Source: Mobula hypostoma (Eukaryota). From it: 64,000 nt of DNA. Every line of letters starts with the position of its first letter. Within the stretch, counting starts at the first letter, position 1. The stretch is taken from positions 102,922,001 through 102,986,000 of the forward strand of contig NC_086108.1 in assembly GCF_963921235.1 (NCBI RefSeq), written 5' to 3'. The notes beneath the pieces were generated by a model. It was not told the DNA's origin. It saw nothing but the letters and a program-made list of their open reading frames with translations, and searched no databases. Positions 37,852-50,622 of the stretch are shown in pieces. A program made the position numbers and the translations under genes.

Positions 37852-38494
37852 CAGACATCCCACCCTGCAAAAACTCATTTCAGGGAGGTAGCACCATCAA
37901 TTTGCAGGAGACTTCCGGGAGAGGTGGGATGTCTGCAATAGAGTAGCTCCTTAGCAGCTGGCCAGCTAGTTTAAATAACGTTAGCTATGCTAATGAACAA
38001 ATGACACCTGTTAAACTCACCTCAACATGTCTTTTACAGTCTTAACCCACCATGGGCAATAGAAAAGTCACTGTTGCAAACAGTGCAGCGAGCAACACTG
38101 TCATTATTTTTGACCCCTATTAGGCAGGGGTACACTTTAGTGCAGTCTGGGGTGACATACGCTTTATATTTTCTTTAGAACACTCTGCCATGGCGCGCTC
38201 TCGCTCGTGCTCTCTCTCTCTCTCTCTCTCTCTCTCGTGGTCGCTCGCGTGCTCTCAAGCACTCTCGCTTTCTCTCTCGCGCGCTCTCTCTTGCTCGCGT
38301 ACTCTCGCTTGCTTTCTCTCTCGCTCGCTTGCTCTCGCTCTCTCTCGTAGTCGCTCTCGCGCTCTCTCTTGCTTTCTCTCACTCGCTCTCAAAAAAATTG
38401 ATTTCCGTGATATTGTATATAATTTGCAGGCATCAGGGAGCCACTATTAATATGCGGGACACTCCCGGAACTTCCAGGAGAGGTGGGATGTCTG
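37852..38494. mobile_element. MITE with 13-bp TIR (CAGACATCCCACC) and 6-bp TSD (TACATT)
   Basis: TIRs at 37852-37864 and 38482-38494. TACATT lies at 37846-37851 and 38495-38500. There is an internal CpG-rich CT microsatellite at 38190-38390. Confidence 0.85.
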
Positions 38495-38929
38495 TACATT
38501 ACTCTTACCAATGATTCTTTTGCTACTTTTACATCCAAAATTCAAAGTAAATTTATTATCTAAGTACTGTACATATACTGTATGTCACCATTTACTACCC
38601 TGAGGTTCATTTTCCTGTGGGCTTTCACAGTAAATAGAAAGAAACACAATAGAATCAAACAGAGATGGACAAACAACCAATGTGCAAAAGGATTCAGCAT
38701 CTCTGAGTCTTTTACAACTGTACTGCGCCCATCTCTCATTAACAGTACTCCCCCCACTCCTGACCGTTTCCTGCCTGCTGTCCTTATTAAAAGTCAAATA
38801 ACCCTGAATATTAAATATCCTGACTTGATCTTTATGCAAACATCTCTGTAATGGCTCTTAATCGCATACATTCACCTCCATTTGTGTCCTTAGTTCATCT
38901 GGCTTAATACATTAAGCCTGTAGACTTTA

Positions 38930-39305
38930 TAAGCACAAGAGATTCAGCAGATGCTGGAAATCCAGGGTAACACACATGAAAAACTGGAGGAACTCAGCAG
39001 GTTAGGCAGCATCTATGGAAAGGAAAAAAAAAAGTTGATGTTTATGGGCTGAAACCTTCATCAGGACTGGAAAGGAAGAGGCATGAATAAGAAGGTGGGG
39101 TGGGGAAGGAGTACAACTGGCCGGAGATTGGTGAGACCAGGTGAGAGGGAGGAAGTAATAAATTGGAAGGTGATAGGTGGAAAATGTAATAGGGTGGAGA
39201 AGAAGGAATCTGATAGGAGAGGAGAGTGGACATTGGGAGAAAGGGAAGGGGGGGGCACCAGTGGGAGAAGATAAGTAGAACAGGAGAAGAGAGGAGATAA
39301 GAGGG
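38930..39305. mobile_element. Penelope-derived short repeat (CAGATGCTGGAAATC family)
   Basis: Same terminal module as 61813-61945, followed by a purine-rich tract. Other copies at ~4495-4615, 5520-5720, 43280-44225, 47458-47535, 48018-48272, 49415-49540 and 63860-63960. Confidence 0.7.
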
Positions 39306-40302
39306 TAGACTTGCCCAGTTTTGTACTCTGGACCTACAGTATTGGCTTTTTGCACTTTATTTCCTGCTCCTTTGCTTTTGAATCCTGTTATTCTTTCTAT
39401 CACTCCTGAACTTGTTTCTCTCTCCATTGTCATTCAGATCAGGTTCCCATTTTGTGTCATTCCAGTTCAAACAGCACCAGCAAACACTCCCACTGAGACA
39501 TCAGTCTTGCCTGGTGCATATACAGGTCCCACCTTCCCCAGAGCTGGTTCCAATGCGCCAGAAATGTCTTCAGCCGTGCATTTATCTGGCTGCTCTCCTG
39601 TTCCTTTACTCCAAAGCACTTCACACTGGAGTAATTCACCACGAAACTCAGGAACAGTTAATACCTTGCAAACATTAGGCTCCTGAACCAGCATAGATAA
39701 CTTCACTCACCTCAACACTGAACTGATTCCCCGACCTATGGACTTTCAAGGACTCTTTACAACCCACGCTTTCAGTACTATTTTTTACTTGCACAGTTTG
39801 TCTTATTTTTCACTTTGGCTGTTTGTCAGTTTTTATGTAGTCAGTTTTTCATAAAATTCTACTGTACATGCAAGAAAATGAATCTCAAGGAGGTATATGG
39901 TAACATATATGCACTTCGATAATGAATTTAATTTAAACTTTATTTTCAAATTTGAGCTTTGAGATTTTTTTTCGAGCTCCTCTGTAATAGTTTATCTCCT
40001 AACTTTTTAAATTCGCTGCACAGGACCTTCTCGCTTTTCTTATTTACATCGCCTTGGTATCAATATATTCAATGGCCATTTACTCTTCAGCAACCCTGTT
40101 CAGGACGATTTCAGTTTTTCCTTAATGTCCTCGACCTCAGAACCAGGATGTAACATACTGTCCTGGAATCATGGAGTTACAGAACAGAAATAGGTCCTTC
40201 AGCCCATAATTTCTGTACCAAATGTGATGGCAGGTTAAACTAAAACTTTTCTACCTGTACAAGATCCATAGTGCTGAATTTTCATACATCTAACAGCCTC
40301 TT

Positions 40303-42345
40303 TAGGTTGTTATAGGTGGGGTTGGTAATGGAGACAAGCTCCCACTACCTATTAAATGGTTCGAATGGCGTGTGCCTTAAATAGCCTCTAGACAATCAAG
40401 TCCAGCTCCTGGCCTTCACGTGTGGCTTAGTTACTAAGCCTAGGAGAACCATTTCTACTGACAAGAGAAGGGGTAAAGGTGGGGTCCTGGTACTTTAAAA
40501 CCAGTCACTTTGGGCAGATGGGTCTCATCAGCCATGGTTGGCAGCTCATCTAGGAGAAGGAAAACTCTGATCTCAAGTCTCCTCTGCCTTGTGGCTTTAC
40601 CCACTAATGTGGAAGGCTTCAGGAGAAAACCCCAAGGAAAATTCGGAGCTGGAGTCCACAAGGCAGAGCTACACTGAGTTCAATGCTTACTGGCAACTCC
40701 TGTGATGCTGTTGGTGCCAAACTGTATTGGTTTCTGCTGATCCTTTGGGTCCATCCTTATTTTCAACCTTTCACTTCTACGGATGGAAGTTCCCACTTGC
40801 TTCAAAAAGGCAACAATGATACCAGTGCCTAAGAAGAATAATGTGACCTGCCTTAATGACTGTTGCCCAGTAGCACTCACATCTAGTGATGAAGAACTTG
40901 GGAACTTTCGGAGATTGGTCATGACTAGACTGAACTTCTGCCTCAGCAAGGACCTGGACCCATTGCAATTTGCCTGTCGCCACAATAGGTCAATGGCAGA
41001 TGCAATCTCAATGGCTCTCCACATGGCTTTAGACCACCTGGAACACCTACGTCCGGATGCTGTTCATCGACTATAGCTCAGCATTTAATACCATCATTCC
41101 CACAATCCTGATTGAGAAGTTGCAGAACCTGGGCCTCTGTACCTCCCTATGCAATTGGATCCTCAACTTTGTAACTGGAAGATCATAATCTGTGCAGATT
41201 GGTGATAACATATCCTCCTCGCTGACGATCAACACTGGTGCACCTCGGGGGTATGTGCTTAGCCCACTGCTCTACTCTCTATATACACATGACTATGTGG
41301 CTAGGCATAGCTCAAATACCATCTATAAATTTGCTGATGATACAACCATTGTTGGTAGAATCTCAGGTGACGATGAGAGGGCGTACAGGAGTGAGATATG
41401 CCAACTAGTGGAGTGGTGCTGCAGCAACAACCTGGCACTCAACATCAGTAAGACGAAAGAGCTGATTGTGGACTTCAGGAAGGGTAAGACGAAGGAACAC
41501 ATACCAATTCTCACAGAGGGATCAGAAGTGGAGAGAGTGAGCAGCTTGAAGTTCCTGGGTGTCAGGATCTCTGAGGATCTAATCTGGTCCCAACATATCG
41601 ATGGAGTTATTAAGAAGGCAAGACAGCAACTATACTTTATTAGGAGTTTGAAGAGATTTGGCATGTCAACAAATACACTCAAAAACTTCTATAGTTGTAC
41701 CATAGAGAGCATTCTGACAGACTGTGTCGCTGTCTGGTATGGAGGGTCTACTGCACAGGACCGAAAGAAGCTGCAGAAGGCTGTAAATCTAGTCAGCACC
41801 ATCTTGGGTACTTGCCTACAAAATACCCGGGACATTTTTAGGGAGCAGTGTCTCAGAAAGGTAGCGTCCATTATTAAGGACCTCCAGCACCCAGGGCATG
41901 CCCTTTTCTCACTGTTATCATCAGGTAGGGGCTACAGAAGCCTGAAGGTACACACCCAGTGATTCAGGAATAGCTTCTTCCCCTCTGCCATCCGATTCCT
42001 AAATGGACATCGAGTCTTTGGACACTACCTCACTTTTTTGTTTAAATATACGGTACTTCTGTTTTTGCACGTTTTTTAAAAATCTATTCGATATAGATAA
42101 TTGATTTACTTGCTTTTAAATTATTTTTTATTTATTTTTCTCTGCTAAATTATGTATTTCATTGAACTGCTGGTGCTAAGTTAACAAATTTCACATCGCA
42201 TGCCGGTGATAATAAACCTGATTCTGACCCATCAGATGCATAGAGGGGAGGAGCTTGCTACACAGGCAACAGCTTGCTCTCCATATTGTACTGCCCAGGC
42301 GTGCTTATCCCGACAGCAGGATACAACATCCTCGGCCTCACGGCT
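40303..42345 (+). mobile_element. ~600-bp non-autonomous repeat (RTE 5'UTR-like), split by the Rex1 LINE into 40303-40754 and 42228-42345
   Basis: Reverse-complement homology to 52060-52122 plus 57723-58205. Contains ggcagctcatctaggagaaggaaaactctgatc, which resembles RTE-clade 5' UTRs (recalled). Confidence 0.7.
40755..42228 (+). mobile_element. Rex1/Babar-clade LINE, 5'-truncated RT remnant
   Basis: ORFs 40783-41076 and 41192-41962 give [46 protein letters not shown]. The 3' end is aataaacctgattctga. Confidence 0.9.
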
Positions 42346-43591
42346 GCTTAAACACCACAACGATATCTGCTCCACCACTACTTCCGGCAGCACGTTTTAG
42401 GAACCTCGTGCTCCCTATCGAAAAATAAAACTTGTCCTTAACAAACTATTGGTTAAGCTATGAAGGCAGTAGAGAAGATCCTGAGGAGGTTTCCAACAAT
42501 GATTCCTGAGACAGTTACAAAGGTAGAAAAAATGGGAGAGTTTTCTTTGGAGAAAGAGGAGGGAAGACTTGATGGAATTAGATAAAACGGCAAAGGTCTG
42601 GCCTTAGAGGAAAGCAAAGGCTCAAGAAATGAAGGTCACAGGCATATAATAAAAGCAGAATAAACATTAAGTAGTGATATGAAGTAATACTTTGATCCCC
42701 CCCAAGTATTCAGTGTTTCCAATAATGTTTGGGTGAAGGGGCCCAGAGTGGTCAGAGCCGTTATAGAAATGTAGGTTTCGGTTGTGCCACCTTGATTTGT
42801 GGGAGTCATTCCAAGCATCTGTTCGTAGAGCCCACTGACAAAATGTGTGGTGCACTGAACCTCTCACATGATGACAGATGTTCTAATCACATCCCACAGG
42901 AATATACAATTCTGAGGAGCACAAACATATATTTAGCCAAGTGGATCCACTTTGAGAATAATGATACAACCCTGTCTTCCATTCTTGAGATTTTCTTCCT
43001 ATTAATTATAACTCCAGCAGATTGAAGCACTTGGCTTTCTGATATTTAATACCAATCTCTGTTGGGGTTTAGTGGATAGTTTCTGAGACAAGAAGTGGTG
43101 TTTTCGAGTCCCCTGCCAGAGATTAAAGCACTTAAAATATAGGATATACCATGACAATATTAGTAACTAGACAGGGCTGCTGGAGGTTTGCCAGTTATTT
43201 AAACTAACAAAATGCTTTGTTAACTTCAAGGACACAGAAAGATAAGAGGTGTTTCTTTTCTGTATCACGCACTGTAGCTTGCTGGAGGAACTTGACAGCT
43301 GATGTTTCGGACCGAGACCCTTCATCAGTACTGGAAAGGAAAGAGGAAGAAGTCAGCATAAGAGGGTGACGGGAGGGAAAGGACTTCAAGCTGGCAGGTG
43401 ATAGGAGAGAGCAAATGAGGGAGGAAGGTGGGTAGGTGGCAGAGGAAGGATGAAGTAAGAATCTGGGAGATGATAGGTGGACGAGGCAAAGGGCTGAAGA
43501 AGAAAGAATCTGATTGGAGAGGACAGTGGCCCTTGGGAGAAAGGGAAGGGAGAGGGCCCTCAGAGGGAGGTTTTGGGTGGGTGACAAGAAC

Positions 43592-44049
43592 TGTCAGGGC
43601 ACTGGAGCAGACATCCAATCACAGACTCAGTACTGTGCACACAGTGATATTAATTGAATATCACATCCCAAGGTGCAAATAAAGTCAGCGTCAACGTTCA
43701 GGCAGAGATCAAAACATCCAGGGAAATCCAAAAATCAGAACCGAGAAACAGGCAGAGTCGATATTCAGGTAGACAGAGTACAGATACAAATGCTAGAAAG
43801 ACTCAGGAAAGTTCACTGGCACAATCTAGCAACAAACCAGTGAAAACACAGGACTGAAATACACTGAGCAATAAATGGAGAGGCAGATGATAGGTGGAGC
43901 ACGATGAGACACAGGTGGCAGCAAAACAGGTAATAATGAGAAACAGATGAGAGACAGAGTACTCAGTAATACAGGGACCGGAGTAGACCACAGCCTGACA
44001 GCGAGGGGGAAACACACAAAACTTCAGAGTTCATCTGGAGGTACTGACA
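43592..44049. mobile_element. Solo LTR (probably Gypsy-type), 458 bp
   Basis: Termini TGTCAG…CTGACA, with flanks AGAAC/AGAAG (4/5 match, candidate 5-bp TSD). It splits a Penelope-derived purine-rich repeat that resumes at 44050. Confidence 0.7.
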
Positions 44050-44865
44050 AGAAGAGAAAGAGTGAGAAGGTAACCAGAACGGGAAATGGAAAAGACAGAA
44101 GGGGGAGGGGAGAGAAATTAGAGAAATCGATGCTGATGCTACCTGGTTGGAGTCTACCCAGACAGAATACGAGGTGTTGTTCCTCTAACACATGAGTGTG
44201 GCCTCATCGTGGCAGTATAGCTGCTATTTCTTTTCAGAAATAAAAACAGGAATCGCTGGAAATATTCAGTAGGCCTGCCACTATGTGTAGACAATGTTTC
44301 ATGTTAATAATCTTCATCAGAAAGTTATCAATCTGAAATGTTAACCCCATTTCTCCCTCCACAGATGCTGCCCAACTTCTGAAGTATTCCAAGCATTTTC
44401 TGATCATGTTTCAGCTTTCCAGTACCCATTTTATTTCTCTTCTCCCCAGATGTAGACAGAGGGCTTTTGGAATGTTCTGTCCTTAACATTGTAATAATAG
44501 AAGCAGAGCAAATAGTTCATCACCTTGTATGATCATTTGGCATTATACAGGCTTGGGTCACCAGCTTGATCCAATATTCATTGAGCTTGATCTAATCTAT
44601 TCCCCAGTTTTGTACCAATTCATTCTGTTACCCAATAAAACAAAATGTTTAGTCAGACCACACTGGCTTTATTCGTCCTCCTCGCACTTTATGCCAACCT
44701 GCCAACCTTCAGGCCATGCCACTCTGGACCTTGTGCTGATATTATTTAGTGACTGTATGTGCTGGATCGTAACTATATGTGCTGTGTGCGGCTGTATGTG
44801 CTGCGTTTTGCATTTTGGCCCTGGAGGAGCAATGGATTTAGCTGTATGTTTGAATGACAATATAA

Positions 44866-45125
44866 CCCACAAGACCACAAGACAAAGGAGCAGAAGTTGG
44901 CCATTCGGCCCATCGAGTCTGCTCTGCCATTTTATCATGAGCTGATCCATTCTCCCATTTAGTCCCACTCCCCCGCCTTCTCACCATAACCTTTGATGCC
45001 CTGGCTACTCAGATACCTATCAATCTCTGCCTTAAATACACCCAATGACTTGGCCTCCACTGCTGCCCGTGGCAACAAATTCCATAGATTCACCACCCTC
45101 TGACTAAATAAATTTCTTCGCATTC
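44866..45125 (-). mobile_element. CR1 3' end of the same subfamily as CR1-A
   Basis: Reverse complement of ~54047-54305 with only scattered substitutions. Confidence 0.9.
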
Positions 45126-46184
45126 AAGTTCAAGTTCAACCTGAACTTGAACTTGGGGTATTGTGTGACGTTCTGGTCGTCCCATTATAGGAAGGTTGCA
45201 GTGACTGTGAAAAGGGTGCAGGTGAGGTTTAGAACATAAAACATTACAGCACAGTACAGGGCCTTCAGCCCATGATGTTGTACCAACTTTTTAATCTACT
45301 CTAAAATCAATCTAATCCTTCCCTCCTTCGTAGCCCTCCATTATTCTATCATCCATGTGGCTACCTTAGAGTCTCCCAAATATCTATAATGTATCTGCAT
45401 CTACCACTACCCTTGCAAGTGTTCCACTCATTCACCATTCTCTGTGTTAAAAAACAAACCCCCTAAACTTCCCTCCAATCACCTGAAAATTATGTCCCCT
45501 CCTATTGGCAAAACTGGGAAATGGATTAGACCAGGCTCCATGAAAATTGGATCAAGCTGGTGACCTATTCATAGGATGTAGCTTGTATAATGCCAGATAG
45601 TGCTACTTTAAGAATCGTACAATTTGACTAACTATTTGCTGTTCTTCTGTTGTCACAATGTTAAGGACAGTATGTTCCAGAAGCCCTCTGTTTGCATCTA
45701 AGGAGAAGAAAAACAAAATGGCTACTGGAAATATGAAACATGATCAGAAAGTTCTCCGAATACTTAAAATATCTGGCTATCCACTGGACAAATGCCTTTT
45801 ATAAACTTGTACCCCTCTGTCAACTCACCTCTCATCCCTCTTTGCTCCAAAGAGAAAAGCCCTAGGTTGCTCAATCTATCCTCATAAGACATGCTTTCTA
45901 ATCCACGTTTACCAGAATGCTGCCTGGATTAGAGGATATGAGCTGCAAGGAAAGATTGGACAGACTTGGGTTGTTCTCCCTGGAGTGATGGAGGCTAAGG
46001 GGAGACCTGATAGCGGTTGTTTTAAATTACGAGCTGGTGTATATAGATAGAGAGTATCTTTTCCCCAGGGTAAAAATGTCAAGCACAATAGGACATGCTT
46101 TAGGGTTGGTGGGAAGCTTAAAGGTGGCACGAGGAGCAAGATTTTTACGCATGTCCCAGGAGTTTCCAGGAGTCGGTGGTAGTG

Positions 46185-46490
46185 TAGCAGGTAGCATGGG
46201 AGAGTAATGGTTAGAGCAATCGTTTCAGAGCACCAGCAATCACAGACTGGGGTTCGATTCTTGCTACTGCCTGTAAAGGGTTGTAAATTCTCCCCGTGAC
46301 TGTGTGGGTTTCCTCTGGGTGCTCCAGTTTCCTCCCACAGTTGAAAGACATACTGGTTGGTAGGTTAATTGGTCATTGTCAGTTGTGCCACAATTAGGCT
46401 AGGATTAACTGCGGGGGGGCGGTGCTGGGTGGTGTGGCTTGAAGGGCTGGAAGAGCCTATTCTGCTCTGTATTTCAATAAATAAATAAAA
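46185..46490 (+). mobile_element. tRNA-derived SINE (V-SINE/HE1-like) inserted in a CR1 fragment
   Basis: Box A/B-like aatggttagagc…ggttcgattc, core gtgggtttcctctgggtgctccagtttcctcccacag, tail aataaataaataaa. Confidence 0.75.
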
Positions 46491-47547
46491 AATGGTAGGT
46501 GCTGGAATGAGTTACTGGGGTATTAAAGGAAACAGACAGTTTGCTGGAGTTTAAAGAGGATAGACACAGGAATATGGAGGGATATGGATGATACACAGGT
46601 AAGAGGGCATTTAGCATAAACTGGCATCTAGGTCAGCACATCGTGGGCTGAATTATTTGTACAGTGCTGTACTGTGTTTGTATGTTCTCAGTCATACTGG
46701 TGATATTCATGAGCTACCGCCACCACTCCCTCAAACTGATTCGATCATTGATACAAACATCACATTTCACTGTACGTTTCAATATTTTGATGTCCATGTG
46801 ACAAAAAAGTCAATGTTAATTTTTAAAACTTCTAGGATCCACTGAAGAAATTAATCCCAGAATTCCACTTTGTTTAAAAATACTTCCCTAATTTTCTCCT
46901 ATAAGGCTGAGCTCTAATTTGAAGATTAATTCCCTAGTTTTGATTGTTCAATTAAAATGTTTCACTGTACTCCTGCCAAATGCTCCTAAAAATTTAAATA
47001 TCTGATCTCCCCTTCATCCTCTGGGTATGATCCTTTACTCCCTGGCTCACTTTGCTTCCCCTCCACCCCCACCCCATCCCCACTCAAATCCCAATACACC
47101 CACACTGAGTGGCAATCTCTGGATGTGAAACCATGCCTCCAGATGGGAGTCCGACCGAGTGTGAAGCCCAACTTTCTCCCTTTTTACAGACCAGCTCCCC
47201 AAGGGAAAATTGAGCATAGTTCATTAAGTTTAACTCCGATGAAGTGAGTTGCATTCTGCAAGTGAGAAAATGATGACATATAAACAGTGAAATGTGTGAA
47301 CAGGCAGCAAAACCTAACAACAGAAAAACAACACTTCAATTATCAGAGAATGTGCTGACAATGCTGTCTAAGATTGTGCATTAGATCCTAGTTTGGATTA
47401 CCAGGAGAAAAGTATCTAGAATAAAACAGGTAGGGGTAAAAATAAATATTAATTTGAGAGGAGCTCAGCAGGTCAGGCAGCATCTATGGAGACGAGTAAA
47501 CAGTCGATGTTTCTGACTAAGACCCTTCATCAGCCAACTGTCTTGTG

Positions 47548-47999
47548 GATGGACTGGATGAACTGGGCTTGTACTCGTTGGAATTTAGAAGATTGAGGGG
47601 GGATCTGATTGAAACGTATAAGATCCTAAAGGGATTGGACAGGCTAGATGCAGGAAGATTGTTCCCGACGTTGGGGAAGTCCAGAATGAGGGGTCACAGT
47701 TTGAGGATAGAGGGGAAGCCTTTTAGGACCGAGATTAGGAAAAACTTCTTCACACAGAGAGTGGTGAATCTGTGGAATTCTCTGCCACAGCAAACTGTTG
47801 AGGCCAGTTCATTGGCTATGTTTAAGAGGGAGTTAGATATGGCCCTTGTGGCTACGGGGGTCAGGGGGTATGGAGGGAAGGCTGGGGCGGGGTTCTGAGT
47901 TGGATGATTAGCCATGATCATAATAAATGGCGGTGCAGGCTCGAAGGGCCGAATGGCCTACTCCTGCACCTATTTTCTATGTTTCTATGTTTCTATGTT
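47548..47999 (+). mobile_element. Young CR1 3' fragment
   Basis: LGLYSLEFRRLRGDLIETYKIL…FFTQRVVNLWNSLP, ending in a (TTTCTATG)n tail. Confidence 0.9.
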
Positions 48000-50269
48000 T
48001 ATTAATCTGAGATCTGACAGTCCCGATGAAGGGGTCTTGGTCTGAAACATCAACTATTCATTCCTCTCCAGATGCTGCCTGACCTGCTGAGTTCCTCCAG
48101 CATTTTGGGTGTGTTACCAGTTGGTAAGTTCCCTCTGGGTGCCCAGGTTTTCTGCCACAGTCCAAAGTCGTACCAGTTGCCGAAGGGTTTCAGCCCGAAA
48201 CACCGACCGTACTTTTTTCCATAGATGCTGCCTGGCCTGCTGAGTTCCTCCAGCATTTTGTCTGTGTTACCAGTAGGTAGGTTAATTGTTCCTTGTAAAT
48301 TATCCCATGACTAGGCCAGGGTTAAATCGGGGGATTGCTGGGCGGCACAACTCAAAGGGCTGGAAGGGCCTTTTCTGCACTGTACTGCTAAATAATAATC
48401 TACTAACCCACACATCTCTGGAGTGTCGGGGGGGTGGGAGGGGGACCATAGCACCCAGAGAAAACCCACACAGTTATGGGGAGAATGTACAAACTCCCTA
48501 CAGACAGTGGAGGGAAATGAACCCAAGATGCTGGTGCTGTAAAGTATTACTGTAACCGCTACGCGGCAGAGTTACTCCAAGATTTCCAACGCCTGCAAAA
48601 TTTGGGATAAGGTGAAGCTAGAGCATTAGTGTCGGGTTTGTTCATGGGGTGGAATACAAGAGGGGTGTGGCACCCCTTTCTTCTTGTTAAGACGACGCTC
48701 AGGATCAGGAATAATAGGAGGTGACTTGATAGAGAGGTACAAGAGGCATTGATAGAGTGGACACCCAGAGATATTTTTCCAGGTGGAAGTGGGAAAAATG
48801 AAGAGACGTAATTTCAAGGTGATTGGAGGAAAGTGGAAGGTGGAATGTCAAAGGTAGTTTTCTTACACTGAGAATGCTGGGTGCATGGAACACGCTGCTA
48901 GGGGTGGTAGTAAAGGCAGATACATGAGGGACATTTAAAAGTCTCTTATGTAGGCACATGGACGAAAGAAAACTTGGGGAATATGTGAGAGGAAACAGTT
49001 AGATTAACCTTGGAGTAGGTTAAAAGGTCAGCAGAACATTATGTGCAGAAGGGCTTGTCCCATGCAGTAATGTGCATGTGGACGAAAGAAAAGCGGGGGG
49101 CTATGTGGGAGGGAAGAGTTAGACTGATCTTGGGGTAGGTTAAAGGGTTGGTGTGACATTGTGGACCAAAGGGCTGGACTGTTCAATGTTCTATGATCTC
49201 CTTCCAGTTTGAGGTGACCGATGAAGCCAGTCTGGGAAAAGCAGGCTCTTCCTGAGATGGTCCAGGAGGTGACTGATGGGATGTGCGGGTGGATAGACTA
49301 TCAGTAGGTGCGTTCTTTCCACCACCTACACGTCGGCTTTTACCACTAAACACCTTACTTGCGATCAGCCGAAGTGGCAGCTTTGTTAAAGGCGTAGCAA
49401 CCAACAATCAGGTGGGGGAACGCAGCAGGCCAAGCAGCATCGATTGGAGGGAAATGAATTGTCAACATCTCGGATTGAAGGCCTGCGTTAGGACTGAGGA
49501 TGGAGATGGAAGGTGGCCAGCATGATGGGAAGTGGGGGAGACAGGAGTCCAAGGGGACTGGTGGACTAAGGAGGGTTTAAGATGTTGGGGGAGGGAGCAG
49601 GGGTAGAGATAGAACATAGAGCATAGAAACTTACAGCACATTACAGGCCCTTCAGCCCACAATGTTGTGCCGACCATGTAACCTACTCTAGAGACTGCCT
49701 AGAATTTCCCTATTGCATACCCCTCTATTTTTCTAAGATCCATGTACCTATCTAAGAGGCTCTTAACAGACCCTGTTGTATCCGCTTCCACCACCGTCGC
49801 CAGCAGTGCATTCACCCACCCCCCCCATTCTCTACATGAAAAACTTGCCCTGACATCCCCTCCGTGCCTATTTCCAAGCACCTTAAAACTATACCCCCTT
49901 GTATTAGCCATTTCAACTCGGGAAAAAGCCTCTGGCTACCTACACGATCAATGCCTCTCATCATTTTATACACCTCTATCAGGTCACCTCTCATCCTCTG
50001 TCGCACCAAGGAGAAAAGACCAAGTACACTCAACCTATTCTCATAAGGTATGCTCTCCAATCCAGGCAACATCCCTGCTCGACCTGCTGTGTTCCTCTGG
50101 CAGATCGTCTGTTCCTTCAGATTCCAGCATCTGTCACCATTGTTAAAGCTGTAATGTCCTTCAATGTTCATAGGTCTGTTTTCAGACCAAGTGAGTATTA
50201 AGACAGAAACACGAAGGATTGCAGATGCTGGAACCTACAGCAAGAAACAATCTGCTGGAGACTGTTGGA

Positions 50270-50622
50270 AAGGGATTGGACAGGCTAGATGCGGGAAGAT
50301 TGTTCCCGATGTTGGGGAGGTCCAGAACGAGGGGTCACAGTTTGAGGATAGAGGGGAAGCCTTTTAGGACCGAGATTAGGAAAAACTTCTTCACACAGAG
50401 AGTGGTGAATCTGTGGAATTCTCTGCCACAGCAAACTGTTGAGGCCAGTTCATTGGCTATGTTTAAGAGGGAGTTAGATATGGCCCTTGTGGCTACAGGG
50501 GTCAGGGGGTATGGAGGGAAGGCTGGATTCTGAGTTGGATGATCAGCCATGATCATAATAAATGGCGGTGCAGGCTCGAGGGGCCGAATGGCCTACTCCT
50601 GCACCTATTTTCTATGTTTCTA
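50270..50622 (+). mobile_element. Young CR1 3' fragment, near-identical to 47628-47990
   Basis: Same sequence apart from a few substitutions and one small indel. Tail tttctatgtttcta. Confidence 0.9.

Noticed and set aside
46195..46270. tRNA genes at SINE heads (also ~51180-51235)
   Set aside because: Only degenerate box A/B motifs with no cloverleaf. They continue into SINE core and tail.
48955..49185. ~120-bp diverged direct repeat
   Set aside because: Two adjacent CR1 3'-UTR tails. Ordinary TE debris.
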